Shown here in pieces: positions 56,080 to 64,000 of a stretch of 64,000 nt of DNA. Position numbers and translations under genes: made by a program. This DNA comes from an uncultured cyanobacterium (GTDB lineage Bacteria > Cyanobacteriota > Cyanobacteriia > Cyanobacteriales > Nostocaceae). The number at the start of each line of letters is the position of its first letter. Position 1 is the first letter of the stretch. The stretch lies in assembly GCA_963740315.1 (NCBI GenBank), contig CAVUDP010000002.1:1344001-1408000 (forward strand), written 5' to 3'. The notes under the pieces were generated by a model, which saw only the letters and a list, made by a program, of their open reading frames with translations, searched no databases and was not told where the DNA came from.

Positions 56080-57462
56080 TTAAATTGCGCGGGAGAATTT
56101 ATTTTGTTGCGTAGTTTTGCGAGAATCAAAAATAACGGCAATATTTCTAACTAACAATCTACCTATTCCTGTAACGTGGATTCGATTGCTTGATAAATCA
56201 ATTAGTCCATCTGTTTCTAACATTTTTAATGCTGCTAATTCCTGAGAAAAGTATTCATTAAATTTAATCTGATATTTTGACTCAATATCCGAAAAACGCA
56301 AAATTCCGCTTGACATAATAGACATAATTACATCTCTTCTAATAATGTCATCCCCACTTAATTTAAATCCTTTAGCAATTGGTAAAATTCCTTTTTCTAC
56401 TGCTTGATAATAATCTTTGAGTTTTTTATGATTTTGGGCGTAAGCATCTCTTAATAAGCTTACAGATGTCGAACCAAAACCAAACAACTCAGTTTCCGCA
56501 TGGGTTGTATAACCTTGGAAAGTACGTCCCAAACTGCCATTGCTTTGCGCGATCGCTAATTCGTCATCAGCTTTGGCAAAGTGATCCATGCCGATAAATT
56601 GATAGTGATTGGCGGTAAGCTCCTCAATAGTTAATCTGAAAATTTCTAATTTTTCTTGAGGTGTGGGAAGCGCATCTACTGGTAACTTTTTCTGTAGTGG
56701 TTTCAGCCAAGGTACGTAAGCAAAGTTAAACACGGCAATTCTATCGGGGTTTAATTTGATAGTCTTTGTTATCGTCTTCCAAAAACCGTGCAAAGTTTGA
56801 TGGGGTAAACCATAAATTAAATCTACATTCACACTTTTAAATCCAGCTTCCCGAATCCAATCCATGACGTTAAACAGCATTTCTTCTGGTTGAACTCGAT
56901 TTATTGCTGCTTGTACCTGATAATTAAAATCCTGAATCCCGAAACTGATCCGATTAAACCCAATTTCTCTCAGAAACAAAATGTAGTCTTTATTTACATA
57001 TGTAGGATTAATTTCAATCGAAACTTCCGAATCAACATCAAGATTAAAATATTGATTGATATTTCCCCAAAGCTGTTTTACCTGATGTACGTTTAAATAA
57101 TTTGGAGTACCTCCTCCCCAATGCATTTGTACAACTTTGCGATCGGTATCAATCAAAGTTGCTGTTTGTTGAATTTCTCGAATTAAATGTTCCACATAAG
57201 GAATAGCAATTTCTTTTTTCTCAGAAATTACAGTATTGCAACCGCAATAATAACAAGCACTTTCACAAAAAGGGATATGAAAATACAAACTCAGCGGAGT
57301 TTTTCTCTGATTTGAAGATGAAATAGCTTGCTTAAAATCTGTTGCAGTAAATGCTTCAGTCAACTCCGTTGCAGGTGGATAGCTAGTATATCTCGGTGTC
57401 GGAGTATCGTATTTTTTAATAATATCTAAGTCAAATTTAACGCCAGGAAATTGAAATATCAT
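56080..57462 (-). CDS. hemN: Oxygen-independent coproporphyrinogen III oxidase
   Basis: PRYTSYP, HIPFC...CYYCGC radical SAM motif, GGGTP, GMDHF, FQGY. Confidence 0.95.
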   Translation of the reverse strand: MIFQFPGVKFDLDIIKKYDTPTPRYTSYPPATELTEAFTATDFKQAISSSNQRKTPLSLYFHIPFCESACYYCGCNTVISEKKEIAIPYVEHLIREIQQTATLIDTDRKVVQMHWGGGTPNYLNVHQVKQLWGNINQYFNLDVDSEVSIEINPTYVNKDYILFLREIGFNRISFGIQDFNYQVQAAINRVQPEEMLFNVMDWIREAGFKSVNVDLIYGLPHQTLHGFWKTITKTIKLNPDRIAVFNFAYVPWLKPLQKKLPVDALPTPQEKLEIFRLTIEELTANHYQFIGMDHFAKADDELAIAQSNGSLGRTFQGYTTHAETELFGFGSTSVSLLRDAYAQNHKKLKDYYQAVEKGILPIAKGFKLSGDDIIRRDVIMSIMSSGILRFSDIESKYQIKFNEYFSQELAALKMLETDGLIDLSSNRIHVTGIGRLLVRNIAVIFDSRKTTQQNKFSRAI

Positions 57463-57481
57463 AATCTAATCAGTTAACAAT

Positions 57482-57709
57482 GAGGAGTGAGGAGTGAGGA
57501 GTGAGGAGTTAGGAATTAGGAATTAGGAATTAGGAGTTAGGAATTAGGAATTAGGAGTTAGGAATTAGGAGTGAGTAGTGAGTAGTCAGGAGTTAGGAGT
57601 TAAGAATTAGGAGTTAGGAATTAGGAATTAGGAGTTAGGAGTTAGGAGTGAGGAATTATCTCCCCATCTCCCCATCCCCCCATCCCCTTGTCTCCCCCTC
57701 TCCCCCATC
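57482..57709. repeat. Long STRR array (GAGTGAG/GGAATTA/GGAGTTA, then CCCCATC)
   Basis: Fills the ho-hemN spacer. Confidence 0.9.
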
Positions 57710-58405
57710 TCAAGCTGTAGCGGTTTCGTTGTTAATCAGTTTGTGAAACATTAGTTCACCGATAGATTTGATTAAAGTTTCTTCCAATTCTTTCGCTATT
57801 TCCATATTAAATTGGAATGAATTATTGGCTTCTGCAACAATTTTTTCGGCGGTTTTATCGTCTACTGGTACTTTATCGAGTGCTTCGCGATATTTGTTTT
57901 TGAATGCTTTTTTATCGGGGATTTGCTCGAAGTTGTAAAAATATGTGCCTCGATCGCCTTCTAAATTAAAGGTGGATTGGACTACTTTTTGTAACATTTG
58001 CCCGCCTGATAAGTCGCCCATGTAGCGCGTGTAAGCGTGTCCGATTAACAATTCTGGTTGAATTTGTGCAACTTCGCGAATGCGGGAAATATAATTTTGA
58101 GTAGAGGCTAATGGTGTAATTTGTAAAAGCCAATCTGAACCGTAGTAAAATTCTAAATCTTTTTCTAAGTTGGCTTTGCGATTTAGTTCGGGAAAGTAAA
58201 CAACACCAACACAAGGATGATTTTGATGACTTTTAAGTGCTGCTTCTAGTTCGCTATAAACAAAATATAAGTTACTTAAAAATTTTGCAAAGCAGTTTCT
58301 ATCGACAACACCTTTGACGAAACATTTCATAAAACCGATATTTTCCGTCGCAGCATGAGATTGCTCGGTTCCAGAACGAAGTTTTATAGCTAGATTGTTA
58401 CTCAT
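57710..58405 (-). CDS. Heme oxygenase (biliverdin-producing)
   Basis: LRSGTEQSH heme-ligand His and HAYTRYMGDLSGGQ signature. Confidence 0.93.
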   Translation of the reverse strand: MSNNLAIKLRSGTEQSHAATENIGFMKCFVKGVVDRNCFAKFLSNLYFVYSELEAALKSHQNHPCVGVVYFPELNRKANLEKDLEFYYGSDWLLQITPLASTQNYISRIREVAQIQPELLIGHAYTRYMGDLSGGQMLQKVVQSTFNLEGDRGTYFYNFEQIPDKKAFKNKYREALDKVPVDDKTAEKIVAEANNSFQFNMEIAKELEETLIKSIGELMFHKLINNETATA

Positions 58406-58586
58406 TTTTAATCCTGTATTGATGAAACGCTATCTTCCACAGGATTTACGCACTATGACTACAATACTTGCTGTACTTTTTATTTTTTGTATCCTTATAT
58501 AGCGATCGACATTTCTTCATATATCTTTATAAGCGGTTGGAAAAACTAGCTTCACTTCTAAAACCGCAGCCCTAATTCATCATCTA

Positions 58587-58616
58587 TTATTGCAAATTAT
58601 TCTCTTTTCTCAATAA
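58587..58616. promoter_or_regulatory. Fur-box-like sequence upstream of ho
   Basis: TTATTGCAAATTATTCTCTTTTCTCAATAA, similar to 59576-59597. Confidence 0.4.
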
Positions 58617-58808
58617 ACACAATTCAACTAAATTCTTAAATACTTTACTAACCATAAGTAATCTCTATGCGCGATCGATGTCTCAATTACTTAAAATAAC
58701 GCTAATATAAATCTTAAGTTAAATTTAAGTTAAACGATACATCGGTTTTTGCTAAGTTTAATTATATACTAATGAGTTTGAATATGGATTTGAGATTTGG
58801 GGGTGTAA

Positions 58809-59012
58809 TTGGCTAACTCACAAAGTATTGAAGTAGGAGATAAAGTTATAATATTACGTCCGTCGCACATCGCAGGAAAAACTGGTTTTATCTACGCAAG
58901 AGAAATATTTTCAGATGAAGAAGTTAGCAAGCGCTGGATTATCTGTATAGATTCGGAAAATGTGATGGTGTCGCTGACTCCAAAAGAATTTGAATTATTA
59001 GCCGAGCTATAG
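58809..59012 (+). CDS. Small hypothetical protein, KOW/SH3-like
   Basis: IEVGDKVII...AGKTG pattern; TTG start; 67 aa. Confidence 0.45.
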   Translation: MANSQSIEVGDKVIILRPSHIAGKTGFIYAREIFSDEEVSKRWIICIDSENVMVSLTPKEFELLAEL

Positions 59013-59057
59013 GGTTTTGTGTTGAATTCCTAATCCAGCAGGCGCGATCGCATAACT

Positions 59058-59318
59058 TTAATCATCTGTTAAAGGTTCGTCGTTTATTCCTAGTTCTTTC
59101 TTACTGTGTTTCAATTTTTTCCACAGTTGCTTAATTTGCGTATATGCTTCTTCGGAAGCAACTTTACCGGAAGTTTGTAAGTTAACGATATAGCCTACTT
59201 TTTGAGCAAATTCTTGTAAATTGGCGTTGAATACTAAGTTTTCTGGCTTGAATTCCCCGTAATAACGACTGCGAGGGTACAGTAAGTTTTCTTTGTTCGC
59301 TTTATCAGAATTTTCCAT
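59058..59318 (-). CDS. Conserved cyanobacterial small protein of unknown function
   Basis: YPRSRYYG.FKPENLVFNANLQEFAQKV..I..L...GK motif; GAGGA RBS. Confidence 0.75.
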   Translation of the reverse strand: MENSDKANKENLLYPRSRYYGEFKPENLVFNANLQEFAQKVGYIVNLQTSGKVASEEAYTQIKQLWKKLKHSKKELGINDEPLTDD

Positions 59319-59575
59319 TTTCCATAATCCTCTCAGGATAATATTTTGTTAAGCCACTTTTAACCTTACATTAACCTTATTAGTAACAACTCTCCTACTG
59401 TATTAATTAACATCTTATTAATCATCTACCTTAAGGCTTACACAACAACAAACTCTTGTAAAAAAAAAGACATTATTATACTGTATAATTACGTAGCACA
59501 ACTTATAAAAACAATTAAAATATCATTTATATAGCATTGAAATAAATGTATGTAGTTAATATCAATGCAAACAAC

Positions 59576-59597
59576 TTATTGAAAATTTTCTCAATAA
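59576..59597. promoter_or_regulatory. Fur-box-like palindrome upstream of acsF
   Basis: TTATTGAAAATTTTCTCAATAA with perfect 7-bp outer arms. Confidence 0.5.
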
Positions 59598-59736
59598 GAT
59601 GAAAATATCTTTAAACCAAGTAAACCAGCATGAATAATTAGTTTTTGTAAATCAATTTAAATATTTTGGCTAAAGATGAAAATTTGCAACTATTAATGGT
59701 TATAGAGCGATTAAACGGAATTATTGCAGAATTCTT

Positions 59737-60810
59737 ATGGTAAAGTCTCTTCCAACCCCACAGCCATTGATTAAAGAAGGTGTAAAAGCGCCGGTGCAGG
59801 AAACGCTGTTAACCCCCCGGTTTTACACGACAGACTTTGATGCTGTGGCATTGATGGATATTTCGGCGCATGAGAAAGAGTTGAAAGCGATTGTAGACGA
59901 GTTGAAAGCCGACTATAACCGCCATCACTTCGTGCGCGATGATGAGTTTAAACAAGCTTGGGATAGCATTGATGGTAAAAAGCGCGAAGCATTCATTGAT
60001 TTCTTAGAAAGAAGCTGTACCTCTGAGTTTTCAGGGTTTTTGCTATTTAAAGAGTTATCGCGCAAACTCAAAAACCGCAATCCCATGCTAGCGGATGCTT
60101 TTAACTGTATGGCAAGGGATGAAGCGCGTCATGCGGGATTTTTAAATAAAGCAATGGCGGATTTCAATCTTTCTCTAGATTTGGGTTATTTAACCAAAAG
60201 CCGTGCATATACATTCTTTCCCCCGGAATGGATTATTTACACGGTTTACCTATCTGAGAAAATTGGTTATTGGCGCTACATTATTATGTTTCGTCACTTG
60301 GAAGCGCATCCAGAAGACCAATTTTATCCTTTGTTTCGCTATTTTGAAAGTTGGTGTCAGGATGAAAACCGACACGGAGATTTTTTCAAAGCGCTGTTGA
60401 GATCCCAACCGCAACTTTTCAATAATTGGAAAGCGCGTTTATGGGTGCGTTTCTTCTTATTAATGGTATTCGTAACGCACACGCTAACGGTATTTGAACG
60501 AGTCAACTTTTACGAATCCCTTAATATAGATGCTCGCGAATACAACAAGAGAGTTATTGAAGAAACCAATAAAACATCCGCACGAGCATTTCCAGTGATT
60601 CTGAATACCCAACATCCAGAATTTTTCCGCAGATTGGAAGAATGTTCCGATCGCAATTTGCGCTTAACGGAAATTGATAAGAGCGATCGTCCTAAAATCG
60701 TTAAATTATTGCAAAAAGTACCATCCTTCCTTTCCATCATCGGACATATGGTGCGATTGTTCGTGATGAAGCCGATTGATGCTGAAGCAACCAGAGCAGC
60801 AGTGCATTAA
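59737..60810 (+). CDS. acsF: Mg-protoporphyrin IX monomethyl ester oxidative cyclase
   Basis: ETLLTPRFYTTDF, SCTSEFSGFLL, and DEARHAG / DENRHG di-iron motifs. Confidence 0.96.
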   Translation: MVKSLPTPQPLIKEGVKAPVQETLLTPRFYTTDFDAVALMDISAHEKELKAIVDELKADYNRHHFVRDDEFKQAWDSIDGKKREAFIDFLERSCTSEFSGFLLFKELSRKLKNRNPMLADAFNCMARDEARHAGFLNKAMADFNLSLDLGYLTKSRAYTFFPPEWIIYTVYLSEKIGYWRYIIMFRHLEAHPEDQFYPLFRYFESWCQDENRHGDFFKALLRSQPQLFNNWKARLWVRFFLLMVFVTHTLTVFERVNFYESLNIDAREYNKRVIEETNKTSARAFPVILNTQHPEFFRRLEECSDRNLRLTEIDKSDRPKIVKLLQKVPSFLSIIGHMVRLFVMKPIDAEATRAAVH

Positions 60811-60988
60811 ATAGATTTACTGGCTAAAGAATAAACGGGAATCAGCGTAAATCCTTTTTTTGAAATATTTTTTTATAGAATTTGATCTAGAGACTATTAT
60901 TTTACGTCTCATTTATATCCATACAGAAAACAAATTACCCGAACAGCTTGCGCTGAGGTAAAAATATATGTTATATAAATAAAGTTCT

Positions 60989-61062
<74 letters not shown>

Positions 61063-61068
61063 TTTTTT

Positions 61069-62403
61069 TTAAGAAGCCTTCGGAAGTGTTTTTTGATAAC
61101 CCTCGTGCGCGGACAAACTCAGCACCCACCAAGCTATATGGGTAAATTGAGCGCATTCAAACCAAGTAAATGTAAAAGCGAGATAAACAATTAATACTGC
61201 TTCAATACCACGGTAAGGCGATTTAATAACCTGCCATAAACAAAATGCGAACAGTGTTAAGTAAGATATTAAACCTAGTATCCCAACAGATAAAGTAGTA
61301 TCAAAAATTAAATTATGTGCTTTAACTGTAGGTAATTGTTTTCTTCTTCGGAGTCCGTTTTTATTTTCGTAGTCATAACTAAAATCACCCAAACGAATAA
61401 CTTCTTTTACTGGTTCCCCATGATGAATGTAGGGGTAAACCGTACCAAAACCATTCATACCCCATCCGAGCAAGGGACGCATAGAAATTCCACGGATAGC
61501 ACGTTCCCAAAGCATTTCTCTATCGGATGAAATATATTTGATTAATACTGTGGTTTTATCAAAGTTGGAGCGATCGCTAAATACAAGTTGACGAGTAGCA
61601 GAAACCGCACCTACAAATAATAACGATACCAAGCAAGCACAAACTATAATTTTATTGCGATGACGGTTTTTAAAACCCGATTGGTAAACCCAGTAAATGA
61701 ACCCGAATACAAAAGCTATTATTCCTGCACGAGTTTGAGTTAATAATAGTGCTGGGATGATTAATGTTAAAGCAATGACAGCATTTCGTTGAGTTATAAC
61801 TTTCTTTTGCCAACCAATTAAACTAATAATTGAACAAGCTGCCAGTACAAACGATGCATGACCGCGATGGGAGTATAATCCTATTGGTTGATGATTTTTG
61901 AAAATCGTGCTGGCTAAAATATGACTTTGAAATAATTGTCCAGAAGTAGCGGTGTAGTCAATTCGCCAATTAATCGCTTGAGGAAATATACTTAAAGCAA
62001 GAATTACCCCACCAATTATTAAACCTTGTAATTGAGAACGAAATAGTTCTGGGTGCAGTCTTATTAGTAAATTGTTGCTGAGGGTGAAGATTGCAATTAA
62101 TAGCCAGTAGAGCAAGCCGTCACCCATCTGTTCTTGAGCGAATAAAGAACGAAGCGGAAAAGGACTATTTATAGTTGATATTAATCCGATTCCGAGAAAT
62201 ATTTCCCATAATAATCTGTTAATGTTCCAAGATTGAGGAATTGTTAGAGAGTCTCTTTCTTCCCACAAAATCAGAACGTTGAATATACAGATTAGCAGGA
62301 TGACGAATACTTTAGGTTGAGTCCAAATTTCCCCTCGCATCCTTCCAATTGGGTTGATAAGAATGATGCTGAGGGAAAACAGCACTGTGTAAAGGTGCTT
62401 CAC
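61069..62403 (-). CDS. O-antigen ligase-family (Wzy_C) membrane protein
   Basis: Multi-TM; TQTRAG, R..LW......RPLLGWG..GF, KAHN motifs. Confidence 0.82.
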   Translation of the reverse strand: MKHLYTVLFSLSIILINPIGRMRGEIWTQPKVFVILLICIFNVLILWEERDSLTIPQSWNINRLLWEIFLGIGLISTINSPFPLRSLFAQEQMGDGLLYWLLIAIFTLSNNLLIRLHPELFRSQLQGLIIGGVILALSIFPQAINWRIDYTATSGQLFQSHILASTIFKNHQPIGLYSHRGHASFVLAACSIISLIGWQKKVITQRNAVIALTLIIPALLLTQTRAGIIAFVFGFIYWVYQSGFKNRHRNKIIVCACLVSLLFVGAVSATRQLVFSDRSNFDKTTVLIKYISSDREMLWERAIRGISMRPLLGWGMNGFGTVYPYIHHGEPVKEVIRLGDFSYDYENKNGLRRRKQLPTVKAHNLIFDTTLSVGILGLISYLTLFAFCLWQVIKSPYRGIEAVLIVYLAFTFTWFECAQFTHIAWWVLSLSAHEGYQKTLPKAS

Positions 62404-62405
62404 TG

Positions 62406-63422
62406 TTATTTGTTTTTTCTAAGTTTTAGAGTTTTCACTATAGCCCATGCTCCGAGGGTTATTAGTCCGATTACTGGGGTGGATTCTGGGATAGTAGTGT
62501 ATCGTTCATTTGGATCGTATTTGTTGAAGCCACCTCCACCGCTTCCACCGTTGGAAGGAGGCTTTCTGTAACAACCAAGAAAACTTTTGCAAAGAGGAAC
62601 TGTTTCACGTTCATTTTCTTGTTCTTCTTTTTCTTCTTGTTCTTCTTGTGGTTGTTGAATAAGATCGGGTTCTTCTTTTAATATCCTGTTATGCCATCCC
62701 CAACTTACTCCTCCGTAAATCAATACTTTCCTGGGTAATCCATCCAGTTGTGGAATTTCTTCTGCTAAATAAAGGTCTCCCCACCAGTCATGTTCCTCGT
62801 CAATATCAAGTCTTGCAGGGGCATCAGTAAAAAAATAATTGTCAAATTCGTTATCACTATCTGGATCTGCATCATAAAAAGGGGTTCCGTTATTAGGATT
62901 GTAAATATCCAAATCAATTACACTTTCTCTTACTCCGTGCCCACCTACTAAGCTGTGATTACTTCTTACAAATTGAATCCATCGCACGCGACCTGTATTT
63001 GGATCTGGCTGTCTGGTTTCTGGAGAAAAGCTAAAATTAGGTACATATTCAAGCTCAAGTTGACCTCCAACAGATTGTCCTTGAGAGCATTCGGAAAATG
63101 GCGGACATACTCTATAAGCCTTGACTAAAAAATCTCCATATACCGGAGTACCTGACCGGCGAAAGTTCCACTCGGAAGATGGAAAAGATGATGTTAAAAC
63201 TCGCCAAAACTCTGAATGCGGATTTGGTGGGTTCTTTTTGATCACGAAATCCATGTATATTTTTCCCTTTTGACCGTTTGTTGTATCATAAAATTCCTGC
63301 GTTGTTCCCGGCATAAGAGGAGAAAAGTCATTTTTTAAATTAAATGCTTTGACAGGATGACTTGCAAGTAAGACAGAAAAAGGTAGTGTAAATAATACTG
63401 ACCAAAGTTGTTTGTTTTTCAT
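62406..63422 (-). CDS. Secreted protein with PEP-CTERM-like sorting tail
   Basis: Signal peptide (…VKA|F), acidic and Gly linker, C-terminal IPEST + hydrophobic helix + basic KLRKNK. Confidence 0.7.
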   Translation of the reverse strand: MKNKQLWSVLFTLPFSVLLASHPVKAFNLKNDFSPLMPGTTQEFYDTTNGQKGKIYMDFVIKKNPPNPHSEFWRVLTSSFPSSEWNFRRSGTPVYGDFLVKAYRVCPPFSECSQGQSVGGQLELEYVPNFSFSPETRQPDPNTGRVRWIQFVRSNHSLVGGHGVRESVIDLDIYNPNNGTPFYDADPDSDNEFDNYFFTDAPARLDIDEEHDWWGDLYLAEEIPQLDGLPRKVLIYGGVSWGWHNRILKEEPDLIQQPQEEQEEKEEQENERETVPLCKSFLGCYRKPPSNGGSGGGGFNKYDPNERYTTIPESTPVIGLITLGAWAIVKTLKLRKNK

Positions 63423-63502
63423 TTTTTTATCTGTGAAACAAATTGATTTGTCTTAAAAATAATATTCAGTTAAATCGAATAAGCTTGTAGAAAATGATCG
63501 GT

Positions 63503-64000
63503 TTAATTCAGAATTAAACTTACAGGATTAGTATAAATATTTCCCGTCCAAAAATCATTATATATATTATGGTCGTTCGCTTCTTTGGTATAAATCCATC
63601 GCGTTTGCTGCAAATTAAAGTAGGTGAATCTCATTTTATATTTGCCTGGTTTAAAATTCCAAAAACGTAAGATACCTCCATAAGACGTTATTCCTTGAAG
63701 CTGAATACAATCTTTCTTAGTCCAAACAAATTTTAAATCAATAAAATAATCTAAGCTTTTACCAGGTTCGATGAGCGGAATATCTGATTCTTGTGTACGT
63801 CTAGTTGCGTTTCTAGCAAAATCCACTTGCATCGGTTCTCCATTATTATCAAAAAATCTTGGCTGGGATTTAGGCAATTCAAAGCGATGAGGAATTAAAG
63901 AATTATTTGTAATACGTATTCCAACTTCTATCGGACTTTCTTTTCCACTTTTAGGAAGCCGATAATTTTTTTCTGGTAATAAAGTTTCAAAGCAAATTCC
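63503..64000 (-). CDS. Hypothetical protein (5'-truncated by window edge)
   Basis: Frame is open to position 64000 (GICFETLLP...GIRITNNS...PGKY...). Confidence 0.6.
   Translation of the reverse strand, partial: GICFETLLPEKNYRLPKSGKESPIEVGIRITNNSLIPHRFELPKSQPRFFDNNGEPMQVDFARNATRRTQESDIPLIEPGKSLDYFIDLKFVWTKKDCIQLQGITSYGGILRFWNFKPGKYKMRFTYFNLQQTRWIYTKEANDHNIYNDFWTGNIYTNPVSLILN

Overview
A low-GC chromosomal window from a filamentous cyanobacterium, most likely a heterocyst-forming member of the Nostocales. This is inferred from abundant HIP1 GCGATCGC sites, dense STRR heptamer/octamer arrays and an Anabaena-type ntcA promoter. Most of it is core genome: atpB/atpE (F1 beta/epsilon), tpiA, folP, hisB-fabI/ntcA, pnp, SNF2+SWIM, psbD-psbC/ycf4, a cyclophilin, fabF-like, BT1, a carotenoid oxygenase, hemN/ho/acsF and tRNA-Val(GAC). 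The accessory or notable parts are: (1) a family-1 glycosyltransferase disrupted by an IS630 (TA duplication, 15-bp TIRs) and a later nonsense codon, next to a GT11 fucosyltransferase and an HHxxxD acyltransferase; (2) a four-gene partner-switching module (GHKL Ser kinase, STAS protein, membrane PP2C with a NarX/PilJ-like P-box sensor, and a kinase-STAS fusion), the strongest candidate for a poorly characterised system; (3) an orphan WD40 C-terminal remnant and an orphan Trypco1-like gene; (4) Fur-box-like palindromes upstream of the divergent ho-hemN and acsF genes; (5) an O-antigen-ligase/PEP-CTERM pair abutting the tRNA; (6) many small mobile repeats, some nested or inserted in-frame in genes. 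Two core genes carry single-base frameshifts that may be sequencing errors. All assignments come from motif recognition only; no searches were run.
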